A stretch of 26,738 nucleotides of DNA from Octopus sinensis (lineage: Eukaryota), in NCBI RefSeq assembly GCF_006345805.1, contig NW_021834121.1, positions 1 through 26,738 on the forward strand, given 5' to 3'. The notes below the pieces were generated by a model, which was not told the DNA's origin, ran no database searches, and saw nothing but the letters and a program-made list of their open reading frames with translations. The translations under genes were made by a program, and so were the position numbers. Below are positions 18,745 to 26,738 of the stretch, piece by piece (within the stretch, counting starts at the first letter, position 1; each line of letters starts with the position of its first letter).

Positions 18745-19210
18745 AATAAAACTATCATATGCTACTTTGGTCGGCAGGGATGTCGACTGGAAGTTTGGTA
18801 CGACAAATCGCTGACAATAGCAAGAATCTTAAGAAAGATTCTTGCAAAATACAGGATGGCACTTTTCTGAAGGTCTCATTTCCACTATCCTTTAGACCCT
18901 TAGGTAGCAGTTTGGGTGTTGTGCCATGTCTACCAATTACCACAGAAATAATTGTTGTCGTAGTCTTCCACAATCTCTTCAACTCTTTGGCTAGGTTCCA
19001 ATACTTCTCAACCTTTTCAGCTTCCTTAATATCTTCTCTGTAATCATATGGTATTGCTAAGTCAAATGATCGTGCTTTTTTGTTCTCTATAATCATGATA
19101 TTTGGTCTTCCATAAAATCCTGTTAATATCCTTCACCATTACATGGATCATGTTCATACCACTTCTACTTTCAATCCATACATTCGCCTAACATCCCAAT
19201 GCACTCTTTT
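18745..19210 (-). mobile_element. R4/Dong-clade LINE 3' fragment (restriction-like endonuclease), copy 1
   Basis: VHWDVRRMYGL, WYEHDP, RPNIMIIENKKARSFDLAIP...EKVEKYWNLAKELKRLWK...VVIGRHGTTPK, LQKSAILYFARI. This matches R4/Dong IHW..C..YG, KWYEH.P, RPD.V..D...DVA.P, EK..KY..L..E..RLW, P.VIGALG, LQK...L.TARI. Confidence 0.88.
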
Positions 19211-19289
19211 ACTACAACTGCTACAATTACTACTACTGACGTTGCTGCTGTTGGTGTAGTAGTAGTTGCTGTTGTTGGTATTTTCATGT

Positions 19290-19590
19290 ACACACAACAG
19301 ATTAGACTGTTGGAAAATAAAAAGTCCTAACATCGAACTGCAACAAGTAACCTTAGATGCCAAGAATCCTCCTAAGTATCCTAGCCGTCCCTAATAACAC
19401 TGTTTTCTGGAGTAGTACTAATTTGGGTTTCATGCGTATTTCCTCTATCCATCTGTTCAAATCTTTAGAGATAGTTCCCAATGCACCTATAACTACTAGG
19501 ATACATTTTACCAGCACTTTCCATAGTCTCTGTAATTCAATGACTAGGTCCTGGTACTTTGCTATTTTATTTTTGCTATTTCTTCTTATA
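19290..19590 (-). mobile_element. R4/Dong-clade LINE 3' fragment, copy 2 (different subfamily)
   Basis: 19568 down to 19353 reads KIAKYQDLVIELQRLWKVLVKCILVVIGALGTISKDLNRWIEEIRMKPKLVLLQKTVLLGTARILRRILGI*. This frame is open but has no ATG, so it is missing from the ORF track. Confidence 0.92.
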
Positions 19591-19636
19591 CCTCGCTATT
19601 ATTATTGTCATTATAATTATTATTATCATTATTATT

Positions 19637-19828
19637 GACTGAATCGCTAACACGCCGTAGAAAATGCTCAGCGGTATTTCGTCCGCCTGAGTTCAAATTT
19701 CACCAAGGTCGACTTTGCCTGTCATCCTTTCAGGGTGAATAAAATAAATATCAGTTGATCACTGTGGTCGATGTAATCGTCTGCCCTACTCCGCCAAAAT
19801 TTCAGGCCTTGTGCTTATAGTAGAAAGT
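19637..19828 (+). mobile_element. SINE family B ending in (ATT)n
   Basis: AAATGCTCAGCGGTATTTCGTC...GAGTTCAAATTTCACCAAGGTCGACTTTGCC...TTTCAGGCCTTGTGCTTATAGTAGAAAG. Confidence 0.85.
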
Positions 19829-20121
19829 ATTATTATTATTATTACTATTATTATTGTTATTATTATTATGTCGTTTGAAATTCTCTGTTCAAGTATTCAT
19901 TTCAAGTATTACGAAAATGCAATTACCATTGAAGTACTTGTAAAAAACTATAATTACCTCTGGAAGAACTGCCTTTGAATGATAACCAGGGTAAGCAACA
20001 AAGAAAAAAAGGTGATTTGCTGCGTAAACTTTTACAATTTTGTTTACACCACGTTACATTTTCACATCCAAAAATGGCCACCACGCACAATTCTGCTACA
20101 AAACTAAGCATTATGATATAT

Positions 20122-20460
20122 TTTATCTTTTACTTGTTTCAGTGAGTGGACTGCGACCACGCAGCGGTTCCGCTTTGAAGAGTTTTAGTTGAATGAACGC
20201 ATCTTAGTTTTTACTTTTTCGATTTCTTAAGCCGAACCGCTAAGTTACGGCGATGTAAACAAACGAACGGTGACCACACACACACACACACACACACACA
20301 CACCACACACACATACACACATACACACATAATGTGCTTTAGTTGGCCGGTACTCTAATTAGAAGACACTTGCTCAAGATAGCATGATGTGAGACTAAAC
20401 TTGAAACCACGTGATTGCTAATCGAACTTCTTTACTACTGAGCACATTTCTTACCATAGC
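20122..20460 (-). mobile_element. Degenerate family-A SINE
   Basis: TTTCAGT..., GAACCGCTAAGTTACGG, a (CA)n tract, AGAAGACACTTGCTCAAG and GAAACCACGTGATTG. Confidence 0.75.
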
Positions 20461-20911
20461 TAAATAGTTAAACACACGAATAAATAAGCAAACAAAGCAA
20501 AAACAACTACCAAAATTAATTAATTCTGACGAAGCAAATAAACAGTTCAATGAATAATTCATAGAAATTGCCCCAAACACTGGAATAATCACGCTCACAG
20601 CGATAGTAATAACAAAGTAGAGATTCTTACGCGAAGTCAAATATTGCGGTCCGTTCATACTGGAGTTGTATGAAAGCAAGACCTTGTTTAATACAGAATA
20701 AAACATGTAGAATTTTTAGATCTATCACAGTTATAAGAAAAAGCGTAGACAGGGGAGTTTTGTAAGACCAAACATCATCTCTTTGCTGCGGGAAATAATC
20801 CAGAAGACGGTAAAGAAGAAAATAAATATTTCTTCCGGCTCTGTATATTTTGAATTTAAAATACCACGAAGGTCAGCTCTGACTTCCGTTCTTTTAGTTG
20901 GGGAAAAATTC

Positions 20912-21232
<321 letters not shown>

Positions 21233-21347
21233 TAAGGGTTCGATCTCGAAACGATGTAAAGTAAATTCGACTTCGTTGAAACTAGATAGCAGTAAAACAG
21301 ACTCTGCAAAATAATTTTGTATATGCTTTATAATATAGTTTTCCAAA

Positions 21348-21854
21348 GCATGCCATCAAAGTGTCACTGGGGTACCAATATAGCCATCGTGACAACCCGT
21401 CTGATAAGAGTACACCAGGCACATGCATCACAACCATAGGTTTTTGGCACGATGATTTCATATCAAGATAGACAGTACATAACCTTGTAGGTGGGACCTA
21501 GTTAGAATTTTCTTCAGGTCGAATAGCCCATCCGCTCAAAAAATCCCTGAATAAAGTTTGTTTAAAGATGATGAACGAAACACCCATGTTTCCAATGGTG
21601 ATTTTATTCAAGCCCCAAATAATTTCTCTCAACACATGGCTATGATGCTTCCCCACTACTCGCGCTCATGATCAGAAATGCACATATCGTCAGCCACTAA
21701 GGGACATTCTCAACTGTTTAAGATCAAGCAACTGACGTGCAGATCTATGGTATTGAGCAAAATATTTGCTGTAGCCCATCTTTTATACCAAGACAAAACA
21801 TGTACATGATAACATTTCCAATCAGTTAAGATCAGAAGCCATGAGAGCCACTGC
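21348..21854 (-). mobile_element. Family E repeat, copy 2 (extends further at the 5' end)
   Basis: Homolog of 18188-18645, with extra 5' sequence ending GCCACTGC at the boundary of an (ATT)n array. Confidence 0.8.
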
Positions 21855-21865
21855 ATTATTATTAC

Positions 21866-21941
<76 letters not shown>

Positions 21942-21987
21942 ATCATCATCATCATCATCATCATTATTATTATTATTATTATTATTA

Positions 21988-22040
<53 letters not shown>
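21855..22040. repeat. (ATT)n/(ATC)n microsatellite
   Basis: Directly visible. Confidence 0.95.
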
Positions 22041-22042
<2 letters not shown>

Positions 22043-22249
22043 ACTGTTGCCTCGCAAAAGTCTTGTTATTTCGATTCGGTTGTGTCACAAAGCAAGTTAT
22101 GAAGTCACTTCCAACAAGTAAGGCGTTTCTTCAAATCTCTTTGGCTTAAGCAAATTTTCATCCATCGACCATGGTAAAAAGTAAAATACTTTGCTTAGCA
22201 TGAGGCGTCAACTGTCTCAAAATGCTATATAAGAAAAGAATTATATCTA

Positions 22250-22345
22250 AAAACAAAATGGCTCCAATGAGATTAAGGATGGTGATAATAGTTTGACAGA
22301 CGTGGTATACTCTGGGCGTCCAGTTGACTTTGATAAATGGCCTGA
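22250..22345 (+). mobile_element. Mariner transposase N-terminal HTH fragment
   Basis: KDGDNSLTDVVYSGRPVDFD resembles mariner F..GD.SL.D..RSGRP.E.D. Confidence 0.6.
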
Positions 22346-22406
22346 TGTTCACTGCATTTAAGTAGGGTCTTATTTATTTATTTATTTATCATCATCATCA
22401 TCATGA

Positions 22407-22453
<47 letters not shown>

Positions 22454-23000
22454 TCTATTTCTGCCAGAAGAATTGGCACAGAAACTCAATTCATTTTGTT
22501 CCACCGTCTTCTCCTACTCTACCCATCTAACTACTGACATTTGTAATCACTCAACAAAATGTCTAAGTTACCAAAGTGAGTACCACATGAATTTCTGGTC
22601 GATAATCTGACAGCAGCTGTAAAACGAAATAAAATAAGAGAGATAGATTGATATAGGGAGATAGAGAGTGAGAGAGGAAGGGAAGGAGAGAGGGATTAAA
22701 AGAAATACCTTTGTGCATACGTCTCTTCATTGACGTAGAGTTCAAGCTTATCTAATTTGGTTATTTCATTTTGTAGTTTGGTCCATTTGTGACTGATGAG
22801 GGCCAATCGATAGTCTATCAATTGTCCCAATAAAAAAATATAATATTCGAGAACGTTCTCCGGTCGTATCCTGCCAACGGCCACAGCGTTCTGAACCTGA
22901 CCCATAGTAGTTAATTAATTCCTGCTGACCATAATTATCAAGTTACTAACAGGTTGTTACCGTTGTTGTATATGCTGTTGTTAATGTTTTTGTTAAGTAA

Positions 23001-23669
23001 CTAGAGTTGCACGAAGGAGCAACGTTGAATAAATATATAATCTTGTATAATGATAATTAAAACGTTAGTGTACACTTGGACACAGGAAGACCTTTTGCCG
23101 TGAAAGTAGCCCCGGGAGAATATTTTTCTCACAGACAAAATGTGTGAAAACGCATTTGCCAATGGAGGACGTACTGAATCGTGGGAAAGTATGTATTTCT
23201 GCGTTCTTCCATGTTGTAAGCTGCGAATATCGACTTCATCCTTCATCGCTCTGTAGGAACGGTAGTTCTTATATATGGGGGCAGTAAACAGTACATTTAC
23301 TGGCGTATGTAAAGCTTGATTAAACTGGAATTTAAAAACTGGAGTCGCACAAAGCAGCGTAGTGGAGCAGAGAGCTATATGTAAAAAAAATATTTCAGTT
23401 GTAATTCCCTCGTATGTGTGGTAGGTATCTTGGATTATATTATTTAATGTGCCTATCCCTCTTTTAACACAGCGATTTGAAGGAAATTTGGTTACTATTT
23501 CCACCAAGTCGAGTGACAAATCGGGTGTTATTTGGATAGATTCATAAATAAGTTCTGGAAGGAGGTGAGGTTCACTTTTGGAAGCAGAACATGCAGCACA
23601 AATGTCGTCAGTGTTGTGAAAGTAGCGCTTGGAAGAAAGATCAATGTCACTGAATCTAGTTATCATCAA
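23001..23669 (-). CDS. Unassigned 222-codon ORF in non-repetitive sequence
   Basis: This is the longest ORF in the window and is not low-complexity. It lies in roughly 40% GC sequence, where stop-free runs of this length are uncommon. No family is recognised, and it may be exon(s) or a relic. Confidence 0.3.
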   Translation of the reverse strand: MMITRFSDIDLSSKRYFHNTDDICAACSASKSEPHLLPELIYESIQITPDLSLDLVEIVTKFPSNRCVKRGIGTLNNIIQDTYHTYEGITTEIFFLHIALCSTTLLCATPVFKFQFNQALHTPVNVLFTAPIYKNYRSYRAMKDEVDIRSLQHGRTQKYILSHDSVRPPLANAFSHILSVRKIFSRGYFHGKRSSCVQVYTNVLIIIIQDYIFIQRCSFVQL

Positions 23670-23768
23670 ATTTAATTAAGTCAACCACACACACATGTAC
23701 AGAAAATATACACACATACAAATATACATACATATCTTTGTTTAATCATTCTTTCTTACTATATACAC

Positions 23769-23950
23769 AAAGCCTAGAATTTGAGGAGATAAGGCTAGTC
23801 GATTACATCGACCCCAATGTTCAACTGGTACTTATTTTATCGACCCCTAAGGGATGAAAGGCAAAGTCTACCTCGACGGAATTTAAACACAGAAAGTAAA
23901 TCCGGAAGAATGCTGTTAAGCATGCTAACAATTCTGCCAATCTCGCCACC
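23769..23950 (-). mobile_element. Full-length family-B SINE
   Basis: The reverse complement reads GGTGGCGAGATTGGCAGAATTGTTAGCATGC...CCGTCGAGGTAGACTTTGCCTTTCATCC...AAGTACCAGTTGAACATTGGGGTCGATGTAATCGACT. Confidence 0.85.
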
Positions 23951-24009
23951 CTAATATCCCTAATAGAAGCCAGCATAAATGTTGGATAGTTGATTTCTCC
24001 AGTCACGTT

Positions 24010-24050
24010 TTATAGAATAGAATAGAATAGAATAGAATAGAATAGATAGT

Positions 24051-24114
<64 letters not shown>

Positions 24115-24150
24115 GAGATAGATAGATAGAGAGATAGAGAGAGAGAGAGG

Positions 24151-24181
<31 letters not shown>

Positions 24182-24275
24182 TGAGAGAGCGAGAGCGAGA
24201 GAGCGAGTGAGAGAGAGAGAGCGAGCGAGAGAGAGCGAGCGAGAGAGAGAGAGAGCGAGCGAGAGAGAGAGAGAG
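24010..24275. repeat. Compound (ATAGA)n/(GATA)n/(GA)n/(GAGC)n purine-rich array
   Basis: Directly visible. Confidence 0.95.
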
Positions 24276-24623
24276 GTAAGAGGTGCAGGATGAATGTCAT
24301 AATTTTCTGAAAAATACACGTTTTTAATCAAATTTTGCAGAGATAGGTTTTCGATAGAGAAGATTGCGATTATGTTGATAAAATTTACAAAAATAATGAT
24401 ATATATTTATATCAGAATCTTGTCGTATTTAATTACATTTTAAGGTAATAAATATATTTCATCATTTTATATAGGCACCAAGAAATTTGATAAAAGTTAT
24501 ATCATAATTACTGTATCTATGTCATATTTCGTGATATTACCTATAGTGGCAAACATATACTTCCAAAGTTGTCCTCATGTTTTGAGTAACACACACACAC
24601 ACACACACACACATAAACAACAT

Positions 24624-24781
24624 GCTTCTTCTAGTTTCCGTCTACCAAATTCTCTCACAAGGCTTTGGTCGGTCCGAGGCTATAGTAGAAGACGCTTGCC
24701 CAAGGTGTCAAGCAATGGAATTGAACCCGGAACCATGTAATTGGGAAGCAAGCTTCTTACCACACAGCTACGCCTGCGCCT
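24624..24781 (-). mobile_element. Family-A SINE, 5' half
   Basis: GTTTCCGTCTACCAAAT...GGTCGGTCCGAGGCTATAGTAGAAGACGCTTGCCCAAGG...GAACCCGGAACCATGT...TTACCACACAGC. Confidence 0.88.
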
Positions 24782-24914
24782 ATATGTATATACACCCCCC
24801 CACACACACACATTCGCACACATACCACTGTATCTACCAGACTATTGGATGTTGTTACATCCAATAGTCTTATAATGCGCTTCTTCGCATTTTGTAACTT
24901 TTGAATGATGCCCC

Positions 24915-25133
24915 CACACTGGGTAAGCGGACAGGCCAACACTCCTTCTGAATGAGACACCAGTCTGTCGCAGACTTACTCATCTCATTTACAGCTGAAT
25001 GGACTGGGCAGGAGCAATGAGAGGAATGAAGTGTTTTGCTCAAGAACACAACGCACCGCCTAGTCTGGGTATCGAAACCATGATCCGAACTTGGTGATTT
25101 GGTAGACGGAAACTGAAAAAGCCCGCCGTATAC
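24915..25133. mobile_element. Family C/D-like SINE fragment (-, 24915-25090) fused to a family-A internal fragment (+, 25095-25133)
   Basis: CCAGTCTGTCGCAG and TTGCTCAAGAACACAAC are shared with 7173 and 15222. GATTTGGTAGACGGAAACTGAAA is family A on the + strand. Confidence 0.7.
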
Positions 25134-25151
25134 ATACATACATGCATACAT

Positions 25152-25201
<50 letters not shown>

Positions 25202-25232
25202 CACACACACACATACATATATATATTATATA

Positions 25233-25862
25233 TATATAGGAGGAGAAAATGGATATAATAACAATGGGAAACTCGTGGTTTTCGCTGGTATGTCTTACTA
25301 ACACCGCCGATGTTAGTAATCGTAAAATGGAATAAACACGTGCAAAAAAATGTGCTTAATTAAATTAGGAAATCCGCACCCAAATAGTACTCACCCCTCC
25401 CTAATTACCCAACGAAACCAACCAATCTACGACAAGCAATCCTCTATCCAGTGAATTTACCAGTGCAAGAACAAAAATTTAATGTAAGAATTACCACTTT
25501 GTTTATATTACCATCACATATGTATCAATTATTTTCGCATCCTAACCGATGCATCTATCTATACTTGGATCTGAAGAGATTTGCTTAAAACAGTAAATCG
25601 AAACGATCGTAAATGCTACCCTCATCTCTGCTTCTTCCTTCTTTGTTACCTGTTTAATTAAAGACATACCAGCGAAAACCACGAGTTTCCCATTGTTATT
25701 ATATCCATTTTCTTCTCCTATATAACCTAAACTTCGGTTTACCAACCAAACCACCTGCTATTGTACAACCGTACAAAAGACTGCTCCTACCCAGCTAATA
25801 GCCAGGAGCGACTCTGGATTTAATTATCCTTAGAGGTATTAAACCCCTCTAACTGATACCTA

Positions 25863-25866
<4 letters not shown>
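25233..25866 (+). mobile_element. (TA)n-flanked element with 64-bp inverted repeats and a canonical hammerhead core (Penelope-like pLTR or retrozyme-type)
   Basis: 25233-25296 versus 25661-25724 pair at 63/64 positions. The hammerhead lies at 25570-25616. TA tracts flank both ends. Confidence 0.7.
25570..25616 (+). ncRNA. Candidate type-I hammerhead ribozyme, canonical core, GUA site
   Basis: CUGAAGA(25571-25577)-GAUUUGCU[UAAAAC]AGUAAAUC (8-bp stem II)-GAAA-CGAUCG-UA. Stem III ACGAUCGU is a perfect palindrome. Proximal stem I is only 1 bp. Confidence 0.7.
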
Positions 25867-25922
<56 letters not shown>

Positions 25923-26271
25923 CTAAACAACTTATAATCAAGGGCTAAAGAAAATTATTTTTATGCCAATATGCTGATAACAGACTTTTAAATCGCCTAT
26001 ATAAGTAGTATATATATGTATATCATGAGAGAGAGAGAGTGTGTGTGTGAGAGAGAGGGAGAGTGTGCGTGAGAGAGAGAGAGAGAGAGAGAGGAGAGAG
26101 GAACAAAGAGATGACACGGGAATAAAACGAAGGTTATGTAATGAACTCCATTAGCTTACTGCAATTTCTACTTTAAGATGTGGTGGACCCTTAGTTGAGT
26201 ACTTGAATAACATTCTAAAGCTTCATCAGAGCCTAAACGAAATATGAAAATGTGTGTGTCTGTGTGTGTGT

Positions 26272-26450
26272 GTGTGTTTGTCCTTCACTACCGCTTGACA
26301 ACCGGTGTAAAAGAGAACCCTAAAATAAATGCTAGACTTAAAACACAAAACAAATCCTGGGGTTGATTTGGTCGACTAAAAACTCTCAAGGCGGTGCCCC
26401 AACATGGCCGCACTCAAATGGTTGACACATGTAAAAGATAAAAAATAAAA
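26272..26450 (+). mobile_element. Degenerate family-A SINE, 3' half
   Basis: CCGCTTGACAACCGG, TCCTGGGGTTGATTTGGTCGACT, AAGGCGGTGCCCCAACATGGCCGCA. Confidence 0.8.
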
Positions 26451-26576
26451 GGTAAAATATATATATAATAAAATTGATATGGGTACTCTACCTGTAGGCG
26501 GGTAAAGATTACATAGCAGCCAAGAAAGGATCATTTCATTCTATATTCCCATACGTCTTATTTAATGATCGTTTAG

Positions 26577-26624
26577 TGTACTTCCATAAGTATATATATA
26601 TATATATATACTTATGGAAGTACA
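26577..26624. repeat. Perfect 48-bp palindrome centred on (TA)10
   Basis: TGTACTTCCATAAG-(TA)10-CTTATGGAAGTACA. Confidence 0.95.
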
Positions 26625-26701
26625 ATATGCTGAAAAGTAGACTTTAGATCGTCTAACCACATACAATATTTTCACCATAATAAACAGAGCGCGTTGAAAC
26701 G

Positions 26702-26738
<37 letters not shown>

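Noticed and set aside
18820-18845. Plus-strand ARILRKIL motif suggesting a second, opposite Dong ORF
   Set aside because: It is the mirror image produced by a local palindrome (GCAAGAATCT...AGATTCTTGC). The rest of the Dong motifs are only on the minus strand.
23001-23669. Assignment of the long ORF to iGluR/IR N-terminal domains or chemotactile (Cys-loop) receptors
   Set aside because: Only scattered 4-6 residue resemblances with wrong spacing, and no Cys-loop, WxPD or TM pattern. An HMM search would be needed.

Overview
AT-rich, repeat-saturated eukaryotic DNA with no intact gene that can be named. It is probably intronic or intergenic. The repeat families look like those of an octopod cephalopod, but that is inference from memory and was not checked by search. 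The window is built from microsatellites ((TA)n, (TACA)n, (CA)n, (GA)n, (ATT)n, (ATC)n, (TTC)n), four tRNA-derived SINE families and decayed transposon coding fragments: mariner x3, Tigger/pogo x2, hAT, RTE, CR1/L2-group, R4/Dong x2, and a Penelope-like reverse transcriptase split by a MITE. The most notable signal is a set of up to eight minimal type-I hammerhead-ribozyme motifs, most with a self-complementary stem III. They sit in short inserts next to (TA)n or (TATG)n tracts, and two of them lie between terminal fold-back inverted repeats, an arrangement consistent with Penelope-like pLTR or retrozyme-type elements. Several carry non-canonical cores: a compensatory G3:C8 swap, a possible U3:A8 swap, and an A6U shared by two copies. 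Also present are a 136-bp near-perfect inverted repeat centred on microsatellites, a LINE/SINE pair sharing a 3' tail, a stack of elements nested in (ATT)n arrays, and one unexplained 222-codon ORF. All alignments were done by eye.
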